Shown piece after piece: positions 49,001 to 61,129 of a stretch of DNA of 64,000 bases. The notes beneath the pieces were generated by a model. The model was given only the letters and a program-made list of their open reading frames with translations, ran no database searches and was not told where the DNA came from. How positions within the stretch are numbered: the stretch's first letter is position 1; each line of letters opens with the position of its first letter. The DNA is from Takakia lepidozioides (taxonomy: Eukaryota; Plantae; Bryophyta), in contig CM060734.1 in the NCBI GenBank assembly GCA_030704615.1, positions 2,294,001 to 2,358,000 of the forward strand. Direction: 5' to 3'. The position numbers and the translations under genes are program-made.

Positions 49001-50236
49001 TTCTAGCCCACTAAGCATCTCATATGCCAGGACATTGGGCACACAATTAAAAGAAGCACTCAATGACCCTGGGCATCTCGGTATCATTTACCAGGGGCTT
49101 CTTAAACGGCATGTACTCACTATCATCCTTACACACGTAGGCCTGTCTACACTCCCCCACTGCACGTACTCTACTCATACTTCGTCAAATGAAAATTCGC
49201 ATACAAACTGACTTGCCAGATTATCCTAACACATCATCCCCTTTAGAATGCACATGGCTCATAAGCCCTTTCTTATCCCAATTTGACATCTCACATCCAA
49301 AAAAAAAGACTCCCATCCTTACCTACTTCAAAATGCGACACATTACCACCCTCACTCAACTTACCAATGCCACAGGCCAGAGACTCTTAAAACCAAGTGA
49401 ATTCACTCTTAAGTTTTTCACGTGCTACAACTAAAACCAGTCGCTACCTACACCACCTTCGCACCCTCTTCTGCCACCCATCAGCAACCTATACCCTCCA
49501 ATGCAATCTCCCTTGTCTTCACTATCCTCATATGGCTCAAGACCTGCTCCCCCAGTACCAGTCCACCCCTACTGCCTCCATCTACCAGACACTCAAAACA
49601 ATATATGCCACCAACACCCCCGCAGCCACGGAAACCGATCCTCACCCTCAAACACCTAATATGCTAAATACCGAACCTGATAACCACCTCTATATAACAT
49701 CAAACCCCCAGATATACCAAACCTCCCCCACCAACTCCCCACTCATTACCACAGAAGCCCACTTCCCCCCCCCACACAACTCAGACGACACCAATGCCTA
49801 TATCATCGAAGCTATATTGGGGGTCAAAACCCAAACGTCAATTGACGCCTTTGGTGCCACCTGCCTAGATACATACTACCACTGCAAATGGGCTAGGTAC
49901 TCCTCAGAAGATAACACATGGCAGATAGATCATCTATTTGGCCCCTATGACGATTGTGACCCTGACCACAACCCGGCCTTTCTCACCACTTTCCATAAAC
50001 ATACCAACACCGATTATCTAACACATATTCACCATTACCACGCCACCCCCATTCAACCTACGGACAATCGATACATCCACCAACCGATATTTGCCCCCCA
50101 CGTACACATTTGCATAGCTGAATGCAATCCCGACAAAGATATCAAGCATAGTCAACCACTTATTCACATGGGCCCCCGCCTTTCCAATATCTACGCTCCA
50201 CATGGCCGCTACATGGGAATCATCCCCAACAACTGA
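46067..50236 (+). pseudogene. LINE ORF2: APE endonuclease, RT and a downstream chromodomain-like segment, heavily frameshifted
   Basis: APE and RT motifs as above; YIIEAIL..YYHCKWARYSSEDNTW at 49799-49921. Confidence 0.8.
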
Positions 50237-50265
50237 CTTGCATGGTTATGGGAAAAGTACTCTGA

Positions 50266-53014
50266 TTGATAAGGTTGGGGATTTTTCTCGGGTTGAGGAA
50301 GTCCTCGAGGATGAGATGATGGGGCAGGATGAGGCCTTGTCATTGACTGAGCAGGTAGGGAGTACTGCTCAAGAGGATGCAACATAGCAACCACTGGACA
50401 CGTCCTCTACCTCTAAGCCCACTGGACTTAAGGTTGCAGTTACGGAGGACAATTGGGAGCCTGACATTGGACCCATTGTCACCGGAGGAGAGAGACGACG
50501 TATACGGCGGTTCCTGAGGGCTTACAGGAATTGCTTTGCCTTCAGTTTGAAGGACTTGGGAGCACTGGAGGGTCAAGAGATCCGTATTGAGTTGGCCACT
50601 GACACGCCAATCTTTTGGAGACCCTATAGATACAGTGACATGGAGAGGTCTTTGATTCAGATGACGACTCAAGATCTCTGGGAGGTAGGTTTGGTGGAGC
50701 TCTCTGGTGGAGAGTATGCTTCAGCCACAGTGATGCCAACCAAGAAGGATGTCTATGACAATTGGACGGAGAGACGTATGTGCGGTGATTACCGGCTTGT
50801 AAATCGTCAGACCAAGTCCGATAAGTATGCCATGCCAACACCAGATGAGATCTTTGATGCCATCGGGCATGCTAAGGTTTTTAGCACTTTGGATTTACGA
50901 TCCGGATATCACCAGTTGCCAATCAAGGAGGCGGACAAGCAGAAGACGACATTCTGGGGGATCAATGAGCACGGCAAGGATTGCCTATATCAGTGGCGGT
51001 TCTTACCATTTGGCTTAAGAACGCTCCTGCAGAGTTTTAGAGAGTCATGGATAGGATTCTATCAGGGGTGGACTTTGCTCGGTGCTACATAGATGACATC
51101 ATCATCTTTAGTGCTACGGTGGAGGAGCATGAGAGACACCTTCAGGTGATGTTGGAGCACTTGAGAGCGCACGGATTGAAGTTGCATCGGGAAGTGCAAG
51201 TTTTTCCACAACCAGATTGAGTATCTGGTCACATGATATATCCTGGAGGATTGGGGGTACAGCAGACTAAGGTAGAGGCCATTGCACAAATTCCACGCCC
51301 CACGGATGTGAGCCGAGTTCGAGCTTTCATGGGGTTGGCAAACTATTATAGACGGTTTGTCAAGGGATTTAGTGCCATTGCAAAGGCTCTAACCAAGCTG
51401 ACCAAGGTGGACCAGGAGTGGCAGTGGGAAGATGAGCAGGAACGAGCTTTTCAAGAGCTCAAGGCGAGGTTGACCTCGGCTATCCTGAGACGACCTATCA
51501 GGGGGCGTCCCTTTCAGCTGCATACGGATTGGAGCATGCTGGGGCTTGGAGCGGTGCTCACACAGGTGGATGATGAGGGAAGAGAGTTCGTAGTGGCTTA
51601 TGTTAGCCGCTCGAACAACGCTGCAGAGGCTAAGTACAGCTCATATGAGGGAGAGTGCTTAGCTGCGGTGTGGGCCGTGGCACACTTCAGGTGCTATCTA
51701 TACGGCAATCTCTTCACCGTTGTCACGGATCACCAACCACTCAAGTGGTTGATGGAGTCAGACAAGCTTACGGGGAAGCTTGCACGGTGGGCACTCATAC
51801 TCCAGGAGTATGACTTAGGTACGACTTTCAGGTTGTGCATCGACTGGGTTTGGTCAATCGCGATGCAGATGGATTGAGTCGCAATCCATGCACGAGCCAG
51901 CAGGATGATACTGGAGCTTGGTGGCATGGTGAGACGGACGAGGAGATGGTGTCGGGATGGCACGCATATGCATTTTTGTGTATCTTGGCATTTTGGAGTG
52001 CGACGCACTCATAGTTTACTGCAGGGGCAGTATTGGTGGCGTGGTATGCATACAGAGGTGCAACAGTTCGTGGCTAGGTGCATGGTGTGTGACAGGGTGC
52101 GTGCTTCATTCAACGCCCCTACACCACAGTTGCATCCTTTACCAATCATGGGATTGGGCTACAGGTGGAGTCTTGACTTCGCAGGACCGTTGCCACTGAC
52201 TATGCGCCACCACAGATATGTGTTGGTAATGGTGGAGCACTTCTCCAAGTGGATTGAGTTGGTTCCATTGCCTGACAAGGCTAGTGAGGGGGCTGCGTAT
52301 GCATTCTTGGATCGTCTGCTTAGCCGATTTGGTGCTCCAGCTGAGGTACTCACGGACCAAGGGAGAGAGTTCTTGGGGGAGTTTCAGGCTTTGTGTGATA
52401 AAGCCTTGATAGACCACTGCACCACTTCTCGGGATCATCCTGAGGCCGATGGCTTGGCAGAGAGAGTTGTTCAGACGGTGAAGAGGGGTTTGCGCAAGTA
52501 TGGCTTGCAGAAAGGACACCTAGGAGATTGGGATCTTCAGGTACCTTGGTTAGCCATGGGCTACAGGTTCAGCAAACAAGCATCACTTGCCTCTTTCTCA
52601 CCATATTTCCTTATTTTTGGCCGAGAGCCGAATTTGCCTGCAGCCATTCGTGGGGACACTGCTCAAGTCCTTAACCTTGACGATCCGGACGTGTGGGTAC
52701 GTGCATGTGATCAGCGTGCAGAGTTGTTCAAGAAAGTCATGCCCATGGCTTTTGAGAACCTTGCCATTGCACAGCACCGTGATACGTTGAGGTATGCCAC
52801 TATACGTGGTGGAGGATATCGTCCTGGGGTTCGGAGGTTTATCCCTGGTGACTATGTTTATTTGCAACAGACTGCTCCTACAACCCTGGATGTCACTGCA
52901 GGGCGTGTTATTCTGAGGGTTCGAGAGGTGTTGCCCTCAGGAGTCCTGATCTTGGAGGGTCGGGATGGCATGACTTGGAAAGTGTATTTGAGTGATGAGG
53001 TTATATATGCATGA
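50266..53014 (+). pseudogene. Ty3/gypsy pol fragment (RT-RH-INT), a third LTR family
   Basis: [57 protein letters not shown]; frameshifted. Confidence 0.9.
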
Positions 53015-53241
53015 GTTTATGCTTCAACTTTGTGAGCTCGCATGAGCTTGTGCTTGTATTCTTCTTCTTTATCATTGTGTGGACTAGTGACTGCCATAGT
53101 GGACAGCATATTGGCAGCCTAGTGACTAACTAGTCGTAGCCTAGTGGTTGGACTAGTGGTGGATTAGTGGTGTGCACATGTGTTGTGTGGTTTTGGATAG
53201 CGATGTAGTTGTGTAGCAATATGTATGCGCACGACATATAT

Positions 53242-53362
53242 CCTATGTATCCAAGTGCGTCTCCTATGTATCCAAGCGCGTCTCCCATGTGTGTCTCCTA
53301 TGTCGAGGCCCATCTAAGCCCAGTGTGCAATCTCCTATGTATCCAAGTACGTCTCCCATGTC
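53242..53362. repeat. Degenerate tandem repeat, about 21 bp, CCTATGTATCCAAG(T/C)GCGTCT
   Basis: Two near-identical adjacent units and further degenerate copies. Confidence 0.7.
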
Positions 53363-55814
53363 AAGGCCCCATTTATTTGAATTTATTGAGTAGTAATATC
53401 CAGTATGTCTCCCGTCTCTAGGGTAGCCTGCCATTGGCCCAAGTGTCCAATGTCATCTAAGTCCAAATGCATTTTTTTTCCACAGATTTGAATCGGAGAC
53501 CTTTCCCTTAATATCTCTCATGTCGAGGCTCCAACCATTGTCCCAGGAATGCTCACTTTGTAATTTTTCGTGAATTTCCAGCGACCCAAAATACTTGAAA
53601 TTCCACATCTCCCACACTGCAGGTCCAAAAATCGTGAGACCAAGCCCGTGCACCCCTCCTCGTCGAGCGCTTTCCAACGGGACCAAGCACTTAGGGTGGG
53701 GCCCGCAGTTTGGGACATCTCAAATCTACAAAACAAAACAAAACAAAACAAAACAAAACAAACGTCTCGCTTCATATATTGATATACAAGGTGCGTTTGT
53801 AGAGGCGTGTATGAGCGCGACAGTGTGATGAAAATGGAGTCTGTGCATGTTCTGTGCGTTACTGAGCTGTAGCAGATGACCTGACGTCGTACTCTACTGT
53901 GTGAACCCTCCATCTCGCGTGGCTGTCTTTGCCGAGCTATCATCCCTTGATACCGGCGCACCTGAAGAGGAAAGGAGAATCTAACCCTAAGCGCGCTTCG
54001 TAGCATCACACCTTCTTATCATGTGCAATCAGTATCTAAGTACGACCCTCCTCTCACCAACATCACCATAGACGACAAGTTGTAGCCCATTGGTAATGGG
54101 CGCATACCACCTCGGAAGTGGTTGTGGGTTCAATTCACCAATTGTCACAAAAGTATCCTCTTCCTGCCGTAAGGCAATAGCCCTTCGGAGTCAAGAGACA
54201 CCATAATTTACAGTTCCATCGGAAGGCGTCATATATGTTTTTCACCATCCACACTAGAAGAGACATCCACACTCATAGTCTCAACACTCTACAGCTCAAA
54301 GAGATTATGGCTAAAAGTTTTCTCTCATACTTCACATGCATACACGTCAGTTAAGAATAGCCTGTTTCTCTAGATCATAAGGTCTTGTTTAAATTCTTAG
54401 TTGCGTTATGCTCCCGGCTTAGGGCCCAACTTCCATGTCCCCCCCCTCGGCCAAATCCTGCCCAGTTCTCCAAAGTTTGCCCGACGTTTCCGTGCAACAT
54501 GGCCCAACTGATGGCATGATGGTTTGCTTTTTTATGTGTGCATAGGGTTCAAAAGTAATTGGGCAATAGGTCTGCATCGTTGTCCAAGGCCAGGACCAAT
54601 TGAGCCGGTCACTTGGCAAAGGGTGGGTCCCGCGGGAGCGATATTCGACTCAAGAGAGATGAGCAATAATGAGCAATGTGCACAAAGGTGACCTTTACAT
54701 CAGCTAGAAGAGACATGGTAACCCAGTACAATAGGTGAAAAGCGATTACCGATATCGGCCATGAACTCTGGCACCAAATTCCCAGGTATTGCGCTCACTG
54801 ATGTCGGTCACCGATATCTGGGCGCCGGCTAAAATTAACGCATGGAAGCAAGTCGTCATTTTTGTCGTCTAGTGCCATTTTGGCCGACTGCCGATACATG
54901 GAAGTTGGCCCTTACTATCTTTTAAGTGGGGGTTGGTATCCTATTAGCATACCACAATCATGGTGTGATATGATGTTTGACCACGTCGGTCATAGAAGTA
55001 GGCGGACATGGGGTACTTCAACAAAAAAGTGAGGAATACTCCGATGCAATTGGATGGGGCTCTGCTTGAAAAAGTGTAGATCACATTTATAGTACTGGAG
55101 GCCAATTCATGAGAGCTGGAGAGTCTTATAAACCCTGCTAGTCTTGCAAAGATTTTGAGGCTCCAAAGTATAGAGACTATGCTGACTTCCTTGATTTGCA
55201 GGTTTAGAATACATCCACAACTGGTCTGGCAAATAACTATTCTTGAAGCAAACTACATGTGTCATTGAAAGCGAGAGGAGTTCGTGATTTCACACAAGTG
55301 CCATGACATATGCTCTAAGCAATCTAAGCAATCCCAACCACTCATGATGTATTGATCCTCACAATTTGTAAAGGAAGAACAAAATGCATTGATGTAAAGC
55401 ATGACACACAACCGTTTCATTGTTTCATCCCGAATTCGGAGATTTCCAGTGGGCAGAAAGGGTGTGCGGTGCCGCACACTCTTTTACTCCTGAATGTTGG
55501 GAATCTTGATTTCAATTTAGTTAACCCCCATTGGGCACTGTTTCTCTATATTGGGATGTCTTGACTCCTCTTGGTCCATCTCCTGCTGGTGATGTAGTGA
55601 ACTAACCATCGTGCTAAGGAAATGTAATAGTCAGTTGCGGCAGTTTTAGAATTGTAGGGTATGCATGTGATTCTAATCAAGGGTAGTCCTTCTCTTGGCA
55701 AGTATTTGAGCAGATAGGTTGGGACAGCTTCATGATTGGAATCAAGGATAAGAAACCTTCTAGTTTTATTCTTTGTGTTTATGGTGGCTAGGGTAGAGGT
55801 TCATAGCTTCAGCC

Positions 55815-56078
55815 AAAACAGTGTGCTTCGAAGCACGCCACCTTAGAAACACCTCAAAAGAGTCTTTTTGGGTACGCCCAAATGGTGTGCTTCGAAGCAC
55901 GCTACTTTAGAAATACCTGATTCGAGCCTTTATGGGTAGGCCAAAATGGTGTGCTTCGAAGCACGCCATTTTAGAAACACCTCAAACAACATTTCTGGTG
56001 GAGCCAGAACGGTGTGCTTCACCATGTTGGGCTCCACATCATCTCCCACGGGTATAGATCCCACGGGAATAGGTACCC
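55815..56078. repeat. 64-bp-period array of the GTGCTTCGAAGCAC palindrome ending in a MULE-1-like terminus
   Basis: Palindromes at 55823, 55887, 55951 and a half copy at 56014. Followed by CACGGGAATAGGTACCC, resembling the MULE-1 right end CATGGAATAGCAACCCC. Confidence 0.7.
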
Positions 56079-56084
56079 TTTCCA

Positions 56085-56470
56085 TGTGTCGTGCAGGCCT
56101 CCGCTCCCGCTGACGTGGCATCCGCTCTCGCTGACGTGGCGTGATCGTGGGCTCACGCCACTTCAGCCTCGCGTGAGGTGTGAGCTCACGCGGTAGCGTC
56201 GCTCAGAAAAATACATCAGACGACACGCCTTACCATATCAACCGACTCCTTGATGAGTAGTGATTGGGATACACAAATGCATGCACTCGCAAGAAACAAC
56301 CTGCAAGATTATTATCCCAAATCACCTCAAAACCTACCTACACAAATAGTGCAAATACACATCTGTCCCTACCCAAAACTTAATATCATATTTCACCTAT
56401 ATATGCCCTCACATCCAGAGGATGCACTACTAGTTTACCAAGACATATTACAACATATAACCCTATTTTA
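56085..56470 (+). mobile_element. Internally deleted remnant of a LINE related to the 41.6-50.3 kb element
   Basis: GCTGACGTGGC..CTCACGCCAC(A/T)TCAGC leader matches 41660-41775; FHLYMPSH matches the APE-region LIHLYMPSH. Confidence 0.5.
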
Positions 56471-56924
56471 ACTAATTCTGGACTTTTGGCTTAAATCCGG
56501 ACCAAACTTAATGTATTGCTCAATTAAAATTAGTTCAAATATTAATAATATTATGGTGTAATGTGTGAATGAACTTTGTGAAATTAAAGGTGATGTCGTA
56601 CTTGCTTCAAAATGTGTCAAATAAGAGGTCCAATTGACATTGAAGTGCTTGTGGAGTTGCAATACTCAACAATTCATCGAACGTCCACTAGAAAGTCGAA
56701 TGATGTCATAATATTACATTATATAATCACGATAAACAAATGTGTCGCATCGAACATCGGGCAGACTCCTACTCGATACAACTTGGTAATTTTAATTGAA
56801 TCTTCATGTCAAGCACATTCACAGACAACACCATTGGAATGATGTTTTGGGTTTAACAAGGGCAGTAAAATTTTAAAATAACAAAGATACCATAGGAAGA
56901 GGTACCAGGAAAGGGAAAGGAAGG

Positions 56925-57240
56925 GAAGGGTAAGGGTTTAGGGGTAATGGCTTAAGGGTAAAGGTTTAGGGTTTAGAGTGAGGTTTTAGGGCAAGGGTTT
57001 AAGGCAAGGGTTTAAGGTACAAATGGACAAACAAATACTGAAGACTCGCACTCGCTAGAACTTAGTGTTGTTAGTATGGTAGAAAATTAAAAAAAAATGG
57101 AGAAACTAATATTATGGAAGAGGTAAGGGTAAGGATAAGGGTAAAGGTTTAGGGTTTACGGTGAGGGTTTAGGGTTTGGGTTTAAGGTACAAATGGACAA
57201 ACAAATATTGAAGACTCGCATTCGCTAGAACTTAGTGTTG
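56925..57240. repeat. Degenerate TTTAGGG telomere-like tracts within a 170-bp tandem duplication
   Basis: ggtttagggtttag runs; tttaaggtacaaatggacaaacaaata..cttagtgttg at 57011 and 57181. Confidence 0.75.
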
Positions 57241-57289
57241 AGTGATTGCAAGCTAGAGTGGACCAAAAGTGGCAGATCATGAGTAAATA

Positions 57290-58009
57290 AAGTGGCGTTC
57301 CGGTCAGGGGGGCAATGGAGAAGTCCCCTGCCTTCTTCCAAACACTATTGGAGGCTTGTACGCGGGTTGGGGGACGGGTTATTGACCTCACTGCTGGCAC
57401 AGGTAATTCTATGATCGCAACCACTTTCTGCAGCCGACATTTGATGGCCTTCTCGAACGACAAGGAACTGTTGGAGAGCAAGCTAAACGGACTGCATGTC
57501 GAAGTGCAGTTGGACTTCACCGGGAGGGCCCGTGTTTCTGACGACTCCATTGGCGATGACGACGACATCGAGATCGCAGACGATCCCTTCTTGGGTGAGT
57601 AAGGTACTAACTGTCATTTAAACCGAATATTCCCATCGTTGAGGATACTTCCGCTTCTGAAAAGGTAGTTCGTTGCGGAACTGACGAGCATCTGTTTTTT
57701 TGCAGGTCCCCGACTCCACCAAGGGGAAAGAAGAGGCGACGCGGACCATACTTGCCGCAACATATCATCAGCCCTCCACAACCCTTCGATCTTCCTATAT
57801 ATGTTAAGCCTCTGGCTGAGAGGCATGCAGAAGTGGAGGAGGCTGCAATAGATAGTTTGCCATTTTGGCCTATGGAAAAGAAGGCAAAAAGACTACATAG
57901 AGTGAAGCAGGCATACATAGAAGCGGAAGCAGTAGAAGACAACGAGGGATGTGAGGATAATGTAGAGGCTGAGGAGGGGAAGAACGGTTTATTTGGGGAT
58001 ACTTGTTGA
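57290..58009 (+). pseudogene. 3' fragment of a third MTase-like cargo gene
   Basis: GVPVRGAMEKSPAFFQTLLEACTRVGGRVIDLTAGTGNSMIATTFCSRHLMAF aligns with the C-terminal MTase block of MULE-1 and MULE-2; GT-AG intron about 57596-57706. Confidence 0.8.
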
Positions 58010-59218
58010 TGGTTTGGTAGATTTTTAGCATTGCAGGCTAAGTTCGGATGGAGGCGGACCTCTTTGTCATCATAATTTCTACATGGACTCATCTCAGTTC
58101 TGTGCTGAACTGAGTTGGGCTTGCATACCTTGTGTTGCTTTCGCTATGCAATGTGCTAATTGTGATGTGTATGTTTGGGCCAATTGCTTAAGTAACTCCT
58201 GATAATCAATCAGCAAGTCATTTTGTTACTTGAAAAAGGTGCTTGAGAAAACAATTAAAGTGACCAATGGGAACGTAGGAACCGTTTAGGGTTGTCCCTT
58301 GAAAAGCGTTGTCCCTTGAAAGATAAAGATGAAAAAGATTAAGGACGACGAGACACCAAGGCAAGAAGGACACAGAGGACTCAAGAACACAGATCATAAT
58401 AAAAGAAAAAGAAAAATAAGATGAGGGGGTGTAGCATTTGCGCAACAAACAAACAATTATGTATGGAATATAATTAGAATGTCCTCAAGATACGGGATTA
58501 CAGTACCAAATGCCGATCTTATCACATTTTTAGTACCATCCAACTATGTAATTATAAGCAAAAGAATATTTTGCTGGATATATAGACAGTCATTATCGAA
58601 TATCAGAAGAGAATATTCTCTAATAGAGCGATTAAGTAATATAGATATATACATTCAATATTAATATATTAATATAATATAATATAATAAAAGAATGTTG
58701 TATGTTATCATATAGAATAATTACGACATTTCTAAATATTTTTAATCTAATAAACTGCATATATGATTATTTTTGACACTGACACATAAATTTATACGAA
58801 TGCGAATAAATTATACAGTATATTGTAATTTTACTGTACTAATATTGCATGAATAACATTATATATTATCATTTATAATTCTAAAATATACTGCACAGTA
58901 ATGAAAAACCAAATGCCGAGGATTATTCATAATTCAGAGAAAATTACATTTATAAACTTTTAATTAATTAATTATTCACAATCTTTCAATAATCAGTTAG
59001 ATATATTTGTTGAATTTGGGTAAAGATTACATTATGTCATAATCTACAATAATTTAAATTACACGAACTTAAATTAATTACTTAAGAGACTAGTTAATGT
59101 CGTAATAATCGTATTACCATTAATATTAGAATTTACAATCTTTATGCAAAGTAAATGTTTGCGGAATTGACGTAGTGGGAAAGTGCAGGGTCAACAGGCG
59201 GGTCTATTAATAAATGTC

Positions 59219-59372
59219 AGTTCCGCACGGAACTTCGTACCAGAGCGACAGAGGAAAATGTCAGGCCTGAGTTACACGCACGTCCGCAGTTCCGTGCGGT
59301 CAACGCCGTACTGGAGAATGTGGGGTCTGTTTGCTTGCTTTGTCGTTCTGGCACGCAATTCCGTGCGGAACT
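59219..59372. repeat. Three A(G/A)TTCCG-NN-CGGAACT palindromes at 69-bp spacing
   Basis: Starts at 59219, 59288 (imperfect) and 59357. Confidence 0.7.
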
Positions 59373-59947
59373 GCGGGTGTGCGGGTAACATATTCCCAAC
59401 GTTACCATCCTTTCTTGTCAAATTAACTCCAACATTCCTCCGAACCAAATCATTAATTTCAAGCGCAGTTTGGCTGGATTTCCATATGGTTTGTCGTCTC
59501 TTTTCCTGCTTCGCCCGCCCGCCCGCATTATCCCATATCGTTTGCAAATACTTCAATCCCCTGTATATATATGGAAACGTGATATTCACTTCCAGCTGGT
59601 GTGACATTGGATGGCGGCGAGTTGGAATACCCGCCGCAGTTCATGGGGGGCATGCTCTTCGCAGGATATTCCAAATCATCCTCATCCAATTCCATCGTCC
59701 TCTATTTTCCTGTCCTCCCACCCAGAATGTATGGTCTTGTATTATACCGGCGAAGACGCGTGTATTTCAGCGGATTCATCATTTTCTGCTTGAATCCGCA
59801 GTTCGCGCCAGACCTCTCGACAGACTAACTGACGACCGACTTCGGGGTCTATGGCAGGGAGGCAGGGTTTTTGCTTTGGGTTAGGTTCGGGTTAGGTTCG
59901 GGCCCGGAATTATGGGAAATATTTCCCAAAATTAAGTATTATACCTC

Positions 59948-60840
59948 TTCTGCTCACAACATTTTCTGCTCACGCTCACGAGAAACACTGCCTCCCATCG
60001 ATGCCGTAGTTGGCACTGTCTCAGCCAATGTGAAAGACTGCGGAAGCCTTGTCTGTCGACTTGCTTCCCCCCCTTTGTGGATCAAAATCCACATCCGCTC
60101 CTCTTGGCTCAGGAGCACAAGTTGCTGCTCGAGTGACAGCCGCTGCATAGTCCACATGCAATGGTCAAGCAAGTGCGGCTCCACACATGAAGCCCATACC
60201 AATCTGGTCTTCCCTAGGCATAGGAGGTTGTGCAGGTGGGGCTTGAACCTCAGGCCTTGGAGCTGGCGCAACGTGAGTAGTTGCCATGGCAGCAAGCCGT
60301 TGCTCTAGCTGGGCAAGCCTATCCACCATGCCTTGGTCTTGATCTTGACCCTGTGCTCCTTGTTTTTGGTTACGACCTCCACCACGACCTCTGCCTCCTC
60401 TACCTCTCTGGACTACATTGCCTCGTCCTCGGCCAAACTGGCCAGGCCGCAGCTCAGGATGCAAGTCATAACAATGGACCTCCTCATGCCCATACTTGCC
60501 ACAATGCACACACTGTGGTTGTGTAGGCTGTGCCTGTGCCGGCCCTTTGCCTCTCTCTCCGGGCAATCTCTCTTAACATGGGGTCCTCCACAATCCCAAC
60601 ATGTCACATCCGACTGTTGTTGGCCTGAGAATGAAGGAAGTGACCTCTGCAATTGAGATCATCTATGTCCTTCCCTGGGCTTCGCCTGAGGTTGCCTTGA
60701 GAACGTTGGGGTAGTGGTTGTTGTTGGCTAGGAGCCCCACTTCGTTGTGTCTCCTTACCAAACCCCACCATGACCACTCGCTCCTCTATAGGTGGTTGGT
60801 CCGGAATTATTGTGGCCGGCCAACCCTAGAGCGTGATGTC
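59948..60840 (-). pseudogene. Retrotransposon gag C-terminal fragment
   Basis: CCHC knuckles CWDCGGPHVKRDC and CVHCGKYGHEEVHC, RGG-rich linker; frameshifted. Confidence 0.7.
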
Positions 60841-61129
60841 GGTGGTGAGGCTGGGATGATGACCAGCAGACCATCATTGTTTTTTTTTATGGTGAGGCCG
60901 GGGTGATGACCAGCAGATCATAGGAGTATCTGCGGTGGATGCAGATGCAAGTGCAAGTGCAGGTTCATGTTAGGAATCTAGTACATAAGCCGCAACAAGT
61001 TCTCTACCCGGTTACCTTGTGAAAAGGGGGATTAGAGACAGGTTGATAGCCGGTTTGAGTGTGAGTTTTCATCACGGAGGTGCCACCATTGCTGAGGAGA
61101 GTGCCGGTACGAGCACCAGCGATTTCCAC

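Larger units (their letters stand above)
41650..50265 (+). mobile_element. Long degenerate non-LTR retrotransposon (LINE), 3'-truncated
   Basis: ORF1-like region 41879-44173. APE endonuclease HIITWNVGSL..ILLLQETK (46067-46591). RT motifs (F)KKGDP..NYRPIALAN, RGTIQGDTLSPYLF, YADDL (47900-48520). Strong C/A strand skew. Boundaries approximate. Confidence 0.88.

Noticed and set aside
56925-57190. True telomere or chromosome end
   Set aside because: The tracts are short, degenerate and internal, flanked by TE sequence on both sides.
58450-59170. Organellar insertion or origin in the very AT-rich stretch
   Set aside because: No recognisable gene, RNA or repeat structure; more simply a spacer inside the third MULE-like remnant.
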